Of a stretch of DNA of 64,000 nucleotides, positions 48,006 to 56,022 are shown piece by piece. The stretch's first letter is position 1. Each line of letters opens with the position of its first letter. The position numbers and the translations under genes were made by a program. Source of the stretch: an uncultured virus (IMG/VR IMGVR_UViG_3300018878_000143) (taxonomy: Duplodnaviria > Heunggongvirae > Uroviricota > Caudoviricetes); the IMG/VR virus record IMGVR_UViG_3300018878_000143. The stretch is one strand, 5' to 3'. Below the pieces are notes generated by a model, which had not been told where the DNA came from, did not search any database, and saw only the letters and a list, made by a program, of their open reading frames with translations.

Positions 48006-49337
48006 TTAATATGGCGTTTGCACAACATGTTGCGCAGCTTCTTCATACGAAATTATATTTCCTTGGAAGTTTAGATCTATGTATTCGTCCTGCGACATTT
48101 GTGCTCCGTTTCTGTTTAGAACAATACGTAGTTTTTTATTGCCGCACTCCGGTCCGTCCGCCTCAATCTCTTCTGGAAGCTTGTCTTGAATAATAGCAAT
48201 TGTCGAAGCATTGCGACCGATCTTCGCGCTGTCAGCAACCTTGCCAGTAACAGTTGCTTGTGCAGCTCCAATGCCTGCGATATTCATATCGCCACATATT
48301 TGGTTTTTAACCATATCCACGAGGCGACCTAATTCCTGATAGGAAGCAAAGGCATCGCCCTCCCCTTTGCCCTTGAAATAATCAATAATTAGAACATCAA
48401 TTCCTTGTGTGTGCTTCACTTTTTTGACTGCTGTATAAATGCTCTGAGCATCGAACATCGGCATATAGAGATGAGTGAAGCTTTGCTTTTTCAGCCATTT
48501 GAGACACATATTTATTCGTTGCTCTTCTTCTGTAGAATAATTGCCACTTCGCACACGACTAAACTCGATCTTAGCCAAATGTGAAAGTATTCGACATGTA
48601 AACAACCGGGAGTTAAGTTCGCTATCAATATATAGAACCTTTTTTCCCTTTTTTAATAGATCCACAGCACAGTTGAGCAGCATCATACTTTTGCCCTGCT
48701 TTGCCTCTGCGGCAAACACGACAAGCTCTCCGGGTTCAATGCTGACATACTGATTGAGTGTTGGAAACTTGAATGGTATTCCAGACATACCGTTTTGTTG
48801 GCGTGCTTTTATTTCTTCCCAAAGGCCGTCAACAACATCTTTATATTGTGGAACTTCCGTTGTGGTGGAATACTCCATCATCACATCGTCAAGTGTAGAG
48901 TAAATCTGTTGCTCGATTTCTTTTTCGTTGCTGTTAAAGCAAAGTCGCTGACACTCGACAAGCTTGTTATATGTGTCACGACGAAACGCTGCATTTAACA
49001 CCATGTCAGAAACCATCTTGTATTCCTCGACACTATCTCGCGCAATGCTATGTGCATTATCAATAAACTCCGTGATGGAAGCAATGGAGAGAAGGCTTGC
49101 CGCCTTCTCTCTCGTTGATGGTCTCGCATTCAAAATATTTGTAATGTTATATGCGTCAATTTTTTCGATACCCATTTTCGCCAACTCACAAATGGCGTAG
49201 TACATATAAGCATTCTGATCATTTGTGAAGTGGTGCGGGGTAAGCTGTTCTGAGTAAAACACAAACTCAGGATGTAAAATCGCCGAAGCAATTACTCCCG
49301 CTTCGCTTGCGACATCATTGATGTCACAAACATTCAT
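48006..49337 (-). CDS. dnaB: DnaB-like replicative helicase
   Basis: AAEAKQGKS Walker A, IDSEL, IIDY, AAQ, ADSAKI, NRNG. Confidence 0.9.
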   Translation of the reverse strand: MNVCDINDVASEAGVIASAILHPEFVFYSEQLTPHHFTNDQNAYMYYAICELAKMGIEKIDAYNITNILNARPSTREKAASLLSIASITEFIDNAHSIARDSVEEYKMVSDMVLNAAFRRDTYNKLVECQRLCFNSNEKEIEQQIYSTLDDVMMEYSTTTEVPQYKDVVDGLWEEIKARQQNGMSGIPFKFPTLNQYVSIEPGELVVFAAEAKQGKSMMLLNCAVDLLKKGKKVLYIDSELNSRLFTCRILSHLAKIEFSRVRSGNYSTEEEQRINMCLKWLKKQSFTHLYMPMFDAQSIYTAVKKVKHTQGIDVLIIDYFKGKGEGDAFASYQELGRLVDMVKNQICGDMNIAGIGAAQATVTGKVADSAKIGRNASTIAIIQDKLPEEIEADGPECGNKKLRIVLNRNGAQMSQDEYIDLNFQGNIISYEEAAQHVVQTPY

Positions 49338-49348
49338 AGTGCCACCTC

Positions 49349-50122
49349 CTATTTTCTGTTCATTTGGAAGTATTCACAGCTATCGCTAAAATCACAGATA
49401 TATCTGCACTTCCAATAGTCCATCTTTGGCGACCAGTCTTCGTTGTCAGTAATCGTATCAATCATTTTAAGCGCCCATTGTTTAGCTTCTTCAAATTTTT
49501 CTTCACTGAACGGTTCAGAAATTAACTCTCCCGTTCTAAAACAATTAAACTCTAATCGTGCCGGATATGTATGAAATGTGGATTTTACAGGTATGCTGTA
49601 CAAATACAATTGTCTGAGATAAGCGTCCAGTTCTTCATCCGACTTTGTTGGCTTATTTCTTTTAGAACGTGGTTTTAAGGTTCTGGATTTATTGTCAACA
49701 ATAATCAAACCGTCGTCCTTTGCAATACAGTCAATAATTCCTGTAAATTTCTTGTCCTCAATATTGAAATCAAGTTGTTCTTCAACACAAAGTGGCAATT
49801 GATATGGAAACCGATCAATATGGAGGAGATAATTCAATCCTTGCTCAAAATAGGTTTTAAAGATATCTCTACTTGGCGCGTATCCCTTCACCTCTTTACG
49901 AAAGTTTTCGAGGTAATACGATGCAAGATCTTTTTTGTCAAGTTCACCCTTCAGGTAGAGCTCGATTATCTTATGCATAAAAACCCCGTAGTCCGAAAAG
50001 AACAGTCTTTTATGTGGGGTGCGCTTAATATAATGGAGCAAAAAAGCGTATGGACACATTTCAAATTGACCAATACGAGAGTAAGACCATGTGAAATCAG
50101 ATATGATATTTGAATAATTCAC
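49349..50122 (-). CDS. PD-(D/E)XK nuclease, Cas4/RecB-like, with four Cys
   Basis: WSYSRI..FE.CP, G.FMH, GIID, VDNKS, QLYLY, C..IC......C. Confidence 0.85.
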   Translation of the reverse strand: MNYSNIISDFTWSYSRIGQFEMCPYAFLLHYIKRTPHKRLFFSDYGVFMHKIIELYLKGELDKKDLASYYLENFRKEVKGYAPSRDIFKTYFEQGLNYLLHIDRFPYQLPLCVEEQLDFNIEDKKFTGIIDCIAKDDGLIIVDNKSRTLKPRSKRNKPTKSDEELDAYLRQLYLYSIPVKSTFHTYPARLEFNCFRTGELISEPFSEEKFEEAKQWALKMIDTITDNEDWSPKMDYWKCRYICDFSDSCEYFQMNRK

Positions 50123-50139
50123 AAGGTGTCACCGTAGTG

Positions 50140-50538
50140 TTAGAATGGCAAACCATCTTCGTCGACTTCAACTTCTCCATCGTCAACCAATGCCGCCTTT
50201 TTCTTGGTTGTGTTAGCAGTGGTCTTTCCACCTGCAGGGGTAGAACCATCCGCCATCTCAAAGCTAAAGACCTTATAGTTGACATACTCAGTTCTCTTTT
50301 CTTTGTCAAAAGTGGTGCCAACATCACACTCAAGAATTTTAATACGATCTTTTTCCTTTAGGTGTTGAGCTGCTTCATGTGCGGGGCCGATGAATGTACA
50401 AAACCCGGAAAAATCCTGTTCATACTCGTCGGTCTTCTTGTTCTTACGGCTAGAAGAAAGACGAACCCGCGTGGTGTTGCCTGACTTACTTGTCTCTGTT
50501 GACCACACGGTCATATAGCCGCCCTGACGAAATCCCAT
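50140..50538 (-). CDS. ssb: Single-stranded DNA-binding protein
   Basis: OB-fold-like sequence with acidic tail ending DEDGLPF. Confidence 0.75.
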   Translation of the reverse strand: MGFRQGGYMTVWSTETSKSGNTTRVRLSSSRKNKKTDEYEQDFSGFCTFIGPAHEAAQHLKEKDRIKILECDVGTTFDKEKRTEYVNYKVFSFEMADGSTPAGGKTTANTTKKKAALVDDGEVEVDEDGLPF

Positions 50539-50541
50539 ATC

Positions 50542-51258
50542 TTATTCCTCCTTATTATTTTCGAACTCTGCTTTGAGCGCATTCAGAAGCTCGGATGCAA
50601 CTGCAGAAGTTTCGATTGCATAGTAATTTGCGCTTGCCTTGCCATTTTCCTTGACATACTTTTTAGTAATTGCAATGACATTCTGTTTATCTTCGGGGGC
50701 AACAGCAAGATGCTCTGTTACCAGGGCATGGATCTGATCTACGATCTTTTCGGCAATCAAACGATCTTCTTCGCTTTCCGCCTCTCTCTGACGACTTCTC
50801 CAGTTGTCTGGGTCATCATCAGATGTTGCAACATTAAAGTATTTTAATAGGAAATATCTTGACGCATATGTTAACGCCGAACCAAAAGCTTGACTTGCGT
50901 CTGACTGGGTTCCAACAAAAAGCCATGGGACAATAACTCTGTCTTCTGGATTTTCATCATTGATCCAGATCCAATCCATATCTGCACGCACTAAAACTTC
51001 GTTTACATGCTCCTCATATGGAGTGCCGTCTTTCGTAGTTTTTGTTTTTGTGTAGTGATAGGGTTCCACAACTGCAGATCCATGAGTAATGTTTGGAATA
51101 AGAGAAACGCCATACTTACCCATTAATCCAGTAATCTTAGACAGAATTTCTTCTTCGTCGACGTATGTATATCCGTAACCTTTTCGATTCTTTTTGATGA
51201 CTTCGACAGGCTTTCTGATCTTAGCCAACTTTTGATAGATATTCATTTTTTCAGCCAT
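50542..51258 (-). CDS. ERF-family single-strand annealing protein
   Basis: NIYQKLAKI, GYGYTY, QAFGSALTYASRYFL..FNV....DDPD. Confidence 0.85.
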   Translation of the reverse strand: MAEKMNIYQKLAKIRKPVEVIKKNRKGYGYTYVDEEEILSKITGLMGKYGVSLIPNITHGSAVVEPYHYTKTKTTKDGTPYEEHVNEVLVRADMDWIWINDENPEDRVIVPWLFVGTQSDASQAFGSALTYASRYFLLKYFNVATSDDDPDNWRSRQREAESEEDRLIAEKIVDQIHALVTEHLAVAPEDKQNVIAITKKYVKENGKASANYYAIETSAVASELLNALKAEFENNKEE

Positions 51259-51271
51259 TGAGACACCTCAC

Positions 51272-51544
51272 TTACTCCTCATTAAGCAGCGCTTTAAAGT
51301 TCTTCATTACGCTCTCATTTCTTTGCTTGGCTGCAAGCAATCCATTTTTTGTTTCTTCTAATTCAGATTGATACTCATCAATCTCCTGAATTGTTCTTCC
51401 AATATCTTCATCTAGCATGGTCATTCGGTTGACTGTTGCAGTAACTAAACCGACAGCATTTTCATAGTCTGCAGTATATCCCGCCAACGCTTTTTTCTTT
51501 TGCTCGATAATATCTTCTGTAGATTTTTTCTTAAATAACGCCAT
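51272..51544 (-). CDS. Small coiled-coil protein
   Basis: GAGGT RBS, heptad pattern. Confidence 0.65.
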   Translation of the reverse strand: MALFKKKSTEDIIEQKKKALAGYTADYENAVGLVTATVNRMTMLDEDIGRTIQEIDEYQSELEETKNGLLAAKQRNESVMKNFKALLNEE

Positions 51545-51563
51545 AGTTTTACCTCTTATTTAA

Positions 51564-52139
51564 CTAATTGCTTTCAATGTTTGCTTTTGACTCTTTAATA
51601 AACGTACTTGCTTCGTCGGCCACATGAACCAGCCAAGCAAATGGGCAGCGTTCAAATGCATTTCCGACATCTTTGTTGCCATCCCAGGATGCCATGTGGC
51701 AGTTGATGGCTATCGCTTCTTCTGGTGTAAGCCTTATAAAGTTCTGGAGAATAAATACTGACTTACTGCCGTGTCCTCCGTAACAGAACTTTTCTTTGAT
51801 TGTGTAGGCATCGTAACTTTCCCATTGCCCAAGCTCATTCTTTCGATTCCTCTTTTCGCTGGTGTAAAGACCAACCTTACACAAATCATGGAATAGAGAC
51901 GCGATTACAATAGACTCTTCATCCACTCGGACTTCTGGATACGCTTGTAAAATGCGCTTTAATTCATCGTATACATTCAAAGAATGCTCAAGAAGACCAC
52001 CACTGTAGTCTCCATGATATTTTGTGCTTGCAGGTGCTGTGTAAAAATCACTTTTTTCCAGCCACCTCATCAGATCGTCGATGCCGTCGCGTTTGATTGT
52101 TGCGCAAAGTTCAAGAAATCGTTCTTTGTTGTTTGACAT
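51564..52139 (-). CDS. HD-domain phosphohydrolase
   Basis: FYTAPASTKYH...GGLLEHSLNV, HDLCK, GHG, HM, AD. Confidence 0.85.
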   Translation of the reverse strand: MSNNKERFLELCATIKRDGIDDLMRWLEKSDFYTAPASTKYHGDYSGGLLEHSLNVYDELKRILQAYPEVRVDEESIVIASLFHDLCKVGLYTSEKRNRKNELGQWESYDAYTIKEKFCYGGHGSKSVFILQNFIRLTPEEAIAINCHMASWDGNKDVGNAFERCPFAWLVHVADEASTFIKESKANIESN

Positions 52140-52164
52140 ATCATCACCCCTTTCATCCAAACTC

Positions 52165-52273
52165 GTGTTTTATATGGATAATAGAAACACTGCACACCTT
52201 CCACTTAATACCTAAATCAAGGCATTAAAAAGCACGCTCTAAATCAAAGTTTCCAAACCTTGATGAGCGTGTT
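52165..52273 (-). other. Structured leader/terminator upstream of the replication operon
   Basis: Stems at 52231-52273 (U-tract on -), 52205-52228 and 52165-52190. Confidence 0.5.
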
Positions 52274-52296
52274 GTTAAGCGACCAGATCGCAAAAC

Positions 52297-52503
52297 TCAT
52301 ATTAATTTTATATATTTTTCCTCAAGAGCTGCCGGGTTCTTGTCTTTTCCAAGCTTGACAAACTTCCCATCTTGCAGTGTATAGAGATAATAAAAATCCC
52401 TCGTTGGCTTTGATGTTGTGATGTAGCGAAGATTGTGTTCTTTATCGTAATAACTAACCCACACACTCTCTCCTTTTGGATATGTTAGTGCCACACTTTT
52501 CAC
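52297..52503 (-). CDS. Hypothetical protein
   Basis: 68 aa, AAGGAG RBS. Confidence 0.6.
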   Translation of the reverse strand: MKSVALTYPKGESVWVSYYDKEHNLRYITTSKPTRDFYYLYTLQDGKFVKLGKDKNPAALEEKYIKLI

Positions 52504-52523
52504 TCCTTAAAATTGAGCTAATT

Positions 52524-52555
52524 AAAAAAGAAGAAGGGCTTCCCCCTCCTTCTTT
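52524..52555 (-). terminator. Terminator after the MrpR-like gene
   Basis: Minus strand AAGAAGGAGGG-GGAAG-CCCTTCTTCTT followed by TTTT. Confidence 0.7.
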
Positions 52556-53486
52556 ATCTTGCAAATGCTGCTTTCCAACAACCGTAGTCATCAAACAAGT
52601 CGCGTCGAATTCCATTTGCTTCCTTATTTCTTGTGTAGTTCTTGTGGTATTTGTGATCCATCTGAGAAAGTCTTTCTTCAACAATACCATCAAAATTAAC
52701 TTCTTCGCCACATCGTTCCATCTCATATGCCTTGTAGAACAATCCAGACAGTCGGATTTTGTTATAGGTAGTTTCCACACCACATTCTTTAAATGCCTTG
52801 CCAATGCTTGCTCTTACAGTTGCAATTTTAATTTGCTCCGAACGAATACCTCGCATGAGGAGTTCTCCCGGATATCTATTTCGATATCCACCCTGCTTGT
52901 CTGATCCATAATTTGGGTTGATATAGCGGAATTGCGTAGCACTACATGCCATTTTAAATGTGGGAACCGCTTCACGATACAGTTCATAAGACCTTCCGTT
53001 GTGTTCAATTAACATCGTATCAAAGTCAATTTCGCAAACTTTGACATCCAGTGCATCTACATCCTTCAACCCCGCAAAAGCCATCCATAAATAACAACGA
53101 TAAAGACAGTCCACTGTTTCAGACTGGACTGGTGCAAACGCCTTGTTTAGTGTGGCTTCAAGATGCTTAGGCGACGCAATCATTAGACGGCGAACTTTTT
53201 CGTCCATTTCTGTTTTTAACAGATATACACCATCCCCAACTGGAAATCCTTCTTCCCTACACCAAGTTGTGTATGCGCGAAGAAATGCGATGGTTGAATC
53301 TGATGTTCTCGTTCGTGAACCAAAGTTGGAGTTTGCTACTGGCTGTAAAATCTCAATCGGTAGCTCACACAGATCCATCTTTGCCTCGTGTTCATAAGGG
53401 GCTATAGTCTTAAATACAGACTTACCAAATCCGACGGATGATCTCGTCTCTTCAAGGAACCTCATCTTGCGCTCTTCGTTGTACAT
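52554..53486 (-). CDS. MrpR (SPbeta YopR)-like repressor, degenerate tyrosine-recombinase fold
   Basis: MYNEERKMRFL...E....DLCE...FLRAYTTW N-terminal domain; LWMAFAGL; TYNKIRLSGLFYKAY; no HxxR/LGH catalytic set. Family recognised from memory and needs HMM confirmation. Confidence 0.7.
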   Translation of the reverse strand: MYNEERKMRFLEETRSSVGFGKSVFKTIAPYEHEAKMDLCELPIEILQPVANSNFGSRTRTSDSTIAFLRAYTTWCREEGFPVGDGVYLLKTEMDEKVRRLMIASPKHLEATLNKAFAPVQSETVDCLYRCYLWMAFAGLKDVDALDVKVCEIDFDTMLIEHNGRSYELYREAVPTFKMACSATQFRYINPNYGSDKQGGYRNRYPGELLMRGIRSEQIKIATVRASIGKAFKECGVETTYNKIRLSGLFYKAYEMERCGEEVNFDGIVEERLSQMDHKYHKNYTRNKEANGIRRDLFDDYGCWKAAFAR

Positions 53487-53495
53487 GACTACCTC

Positions 53496-53930
53496 CTATG
53501 CCGCACAGTTAAACTTCATAGACTTTCTCCATGCGTCCAACAAGTCCGCTTCGTTTAGAAAAGAAATCGCTGACGTTGCAATCAGATTAGCCATTGCGAT
53601 CTTTCTCATGTAATCATCGGAGAGCTTAGTAATGAACTTGCCGATTTTAGACTTAGACATCTTTTCAGGATTTTCACATAACACCATGCTATCCATGCGT
53701 AGACCAGTATCTGCAGCGTAGACAACCACGTGAGTTGGCTGCATTGCTTTTTTGATTGAACTTGTTAATGGCAATGCTATCACATTCGGGCTATGCGCGT
53801 TGCCGGTGTTGTTTTGGAACACCACGCCAGGTCTCCACCCGTTCTGCTCATTCCCGCTACCTTCAAACTTCATCAGGTAAACTTCTCCGATCATCGGAGC
53901 CATACGCACTTCGTGACGAGTCTCGCTCAT
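53496..53930 (-). CDS. mazF: MazF/PemK-family endoribonuclease
   Basis: GEVY...GNEQNGWRPGVVFQNNTGN.HSP.VI.LPLTS...PTHV...DS.VLCE; catalytic Arg and Thr positions kept. Confidence 0.9.
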   Translation of the reverse strand: MSETRHEVRMAPMIGEVYLMKFEGSGNEQNGWRPGVVFQNNTGNAHSPNVIALPLTSSIKKAMQPTHVVVYAADTGLRMDSMVLCENPEKMSKSKIGKFITKLSDDYMRKIAMANLIATSAISFLNEADLLDAWRKSMKFNCAA

Positions 53931-53959
53931 GTTCAGTCCCTCCTTATCTTGATGGGCTG

Positions 53960-53988
53960 ATTATATCACATAATGCGTATAATGTCAA
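53960..53988 (-). promoter_or_regulatory. Consensus sigmaA promoter for mazF-mrpR
   Basis: TTGACA-N17-TATAAT with extended TG. Confidence 0.85.
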
Positions 53989-54017
53989 CAATAATTTATG
54001 AAGTATTCCGAAATCTT

Positions 54018-54326
54018 TTAACTACACCTCAATGTGTACCTAACCTGAGTAGGTCTATCGCTCAATGTGTAGTCATTGCATAGAAATATGTATGATTGTT
54101 CATCGTCAGATCTTCTATGTCTTTTTATGGAACAAATATGGTTAAGACACATTCTTGCAGAACTACTTTTTAAGGCGATGTAAGGTGAGGCTGAAATATT
54201 CACAGCAATATGATCAAATTGGAGTGAAAACTTCAGTGGGCTAAGAGGATCATCAAACGTAACAATAATATCCTTATATGCTTCTGCTTCAATTCTAAAT
54301 TGCCCAAGAGAGAGATTCGACTTCAT
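54018..54326 (-). CDS. 102-aa hypothetical protein, probably SOS-induced
   Basis: GGAGGT RBS before ATG 54326. Confidence 0.7.
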   Translation of the reverse strand: MKSNLSLGQFRIEAEAYKDIIVTFDDPLSPLKFSLQFDHIAVNISASPYIALKSSSARMCLNHICSIKRHRRSDDEQSYIFLCNDYTLSDRPTQVRYTLRCS

Positions 54327-54348
54327 GTAGCATACCTCCAGATTTCTG

Positions 54349-54377
54349 TTGATTTTTGTTTGTTTGCGTGGTACACT
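54349..54377 (+). promoter_or_regulatory. sigmaA promoter for the antisense sRNA
   Basis: TTGATT-N17-TACACT with extended TG. Confidence 0.7.
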
Positions 54378-54383
54378 ACAGTC

Positions 54384-54501
54384 GTGAAGACATATTGCAG
54401 TATGTCGTTCACTTGCAGTGTTTTGCTGCAATGCCGCCTTGGGGTTTGGTGTATTCCTTTCGGGCGGGGAGGGCAAGCTTCGGCTTGTCCTCTTTTCTTT
54501 T
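54384..54501 (+). ncRNA. Candidate antisense small RNA of about 118 nt
   Basis: Promoter upstream; three hairpins (54384-54412, 54413-54431, 54434-54467); UUCG terminator 54469-54492 followed by TTTTCTTTT. Confidence 0.65.
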
Positions 54502-54530
54502 GCAAAGCATTACAGTTGCCACTTCATTTT

Positions 54531-54568
54531 CGAACACTTATTCGAACATTCGTTTGAATATGTGTTCA
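54531..54568. promoter_or_regulatory. Three tandem Firmicute LexA (Cheo/SOS)-like boxes
   Basis: CGAAC-ACTT-ATTCG, CGAAC-ATTC-GTTTG and TGAAT-ATGT-GTTCA at 12-bp spacing. Confidence 0.65.
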
Positions 54569-54576
54569 TGTTCCAT

Positions 54577-54605
54577 ATGCTAACACAAACAATTGGATGT
54601 GTCAA
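54577..54605 (-). promoter_or_regulatory. sigmaA promoter with start site abutting the SOS boxes
   Basis: TTGACA-N17-TAGCAT with extended TG. Confidence 0.7.
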
Positions 54606-54677
54606 GGTTTGGGAAACATAAAACTATTTGACAATTTCTTGAAAATTTATCAATAACAATAAAATATTGCTTAAGCC

Positions 54678-54715
54678 AAATAAAGAACAGAGCGACTGCG
54701 ATGGTCGCTCTGCCC
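54678..54715 (-). terminator. Intrinsic terminator
   Basis: Minus strand GGGCAGAGCGAC...GTCGCTCTGTTC followed by TTTATTT. Confidence 0.75.
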
Positions 54716-55365
54716 TATTTTAGACTCCACCGGAAACCGTATATATTATCCGTTAAAGCCTCTGGGTCTGCAATTTTCTGATAGTCATCCCAATAAAAAT
54801 CCATTCCTCGACTAACATATTTTTCAGTTAATGAATTAACCTCGTCGGGACCTACCACCACAATGAGACGAATAGGCACATCATGATTAACAAGCTCTTG
54901 TTCCACCCACCCCATGAGTTTCTTAAAGCATTTTCTCAATCGTCTGCCCTTGTCGGATACCTGAGACGGAAGATGCATGGTCGTTGGAAAAGCGCCTGAA
55001 ACAGAGCACTCCCATCGAGGTATCTTTCCCCTTTTTGCCATAAGCATTCTTAACGCCATGTCGTATTCAACCAAGTATTTGTTTTTAGGGTAGTATGAGA
55101 ACGCCTCAAGCTCATTATGTAATAAAACTTGAGAAAAAACATCGCTCAGTTCTTCCATCACTTCTTCATACTTACTTGGATCGTCAAGTTTCTCCTTTAG
55201 TAAAAGTTCAAGATTCCGATCTTCTGCAAACATTTTAATTCTTTCGTCTTGCCGTAAATTGGATGCAATAAGAGCATCTGTTTTGTACGACTCTTGTTTT
55301 TCGTTACCAACTTTAATTGTAATTATTAAAATAAGAACAATAGCTATGATCAAGGCCATACACAA
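54715..55365 (-). CDS. N-terminally membrane-anchored protein
   Basis: MALIIAIVLILIITIKV hydrophobic anchor. Confidence 0.7.
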   Translation of the reverse strand: MCMALIIAIVLILIITIKVGNEKQESYKTDALIASNLRQDERIKMFAEDRNLELLLKEKLDDPSKYEEVMEELSDVFSQVLLHNELEAFSYYPKNKYLVEYDMALRMLMAKRGKIPRWECSVSGAFPTTMHLPSQVSDKGRRLRKCFKKLMGWVEQELVNHDVPIRLIVVVGPDEVNSLTEKYVSRGMDFYWDDYQKIADPEALTDNIYGFRWSLK

Positions 55366-55372
55366 ACACCAC

Positions 55373-55603
55373 CTATGCTACCGCTTCATTAATGCTATCT
55401 TTTGCTTCATCAATTTTATCTATAGCATCTTCTAAATTGTCTATTGCGCTCTCCATGCGTTCGTAGCGCTCGCTGCTCTGGAGATTTTCTGGAAGGTTGT
55501 CTAAACAATCCTGTTCCTCGTCTTTTGCATCGCGAATAATACAAATTGCACTGTCAAGATATGATAATGCACGCCTAAGTGACTTTCTTCTATTCTTGTT
55601 CAT
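55373..55603 (-). CDS. Small coiled-coil protein
   Basis: MNKNRRK...DEEQDCLDNLPENLQ.SER, a pattern I recognise from phage hypotheticals. Confidence 0.7.
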   Translation of the reverse strand: MNKNRRKSLRRALSYLDSAICIIRDAKDEEQDCLDNLPENLQSSERYERMESAIDNLEDAIDKIDEAKDSINEAVA

Positions 55604-55955
55604 TCTCTCTTACCGCCTTCCATACACCGGAAACGGCGGCACCGATCATTAGAAACCCATCTTCTGTTGTGGACACATCCAGTGCATCAATCATCGAAAG
55701 AAGGTTGATAAATTGCTCAAGCCCATCTCGATACAAATCTACTGTTGGTACAACAACAGAAATTTTAGCAAACTCAGTGGTAGGCTCCATTTGAATGTCG
55801 GCAATGCCACCGTCGTTCTGCAATGAAAACTTACGAAGCTCTGAGTAAACAATACACAGTCGCTTATAATTGTCGATATCCAAAACATAAATCCCATCTG
55901 TTTTGGATGAAATTTCTTTTACCTTATCGTCAATGGTCTTCGTGTTTTCTGACAT
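55590..55955 (-). CDS. Hypothetical protein
   Basis: AAAGGTGGG RBS; first gene after the promoter at 55987-56015. Confidence 0.7.
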   Translation of the reverse strand: MSENTKTIDDKVKEISSKTDGIYVLDIDNYKRLCIVYSELRKFSLQNDGGIADIQMEPTTEFAKISVVVPTVDLYRDGLEQFINLLSMIDALDVSTTEDGFLMIGAAVSGVWKAVRENEQE

Positions 55956-55986
55956 AAATACTTCCCACCTTTCTTGCTGTTAAATT

Positions 55987-56015
55987 ATTATATCCCTGTA
56001 TGCTAACTTTTTCAA
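55987..56015 (-). promoter_or_regulatory. sigmaA promoter
   Basis: TTGAAA-N17-TATAAT. Confidence 0.75.
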
Positions 56016-56022
56016 CCAAATG

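Noticed and set aside
49349..50122. CRISPR-Cas locus around the Cas4-like gene
   Set aside because: No repeat-spacer array or other cas genes seen; it sits with ERF and SSB as a recombination nuclease
52554..53486. Second active integrase
   Set aside because: Lacks the catalytic Arg, HxxR and LGH motifs; fits a repressor-type derivative
54300..54621. Short ORFs overlapping the sRNA/SOS region and the 50-aa N-terminal extension of ORF 54018-54476
   Set aside because: No convincing RBS; they cross promoters and a terminator; the GGAGGT RBS supports a start at 54326
54628..54665. Rightward promoter at TTGACA 54628
   Set aside because: No acceptable -10 hexamer at 16-18 bp spacing; it may be part of an imperfect palindrome, but that is not supportable
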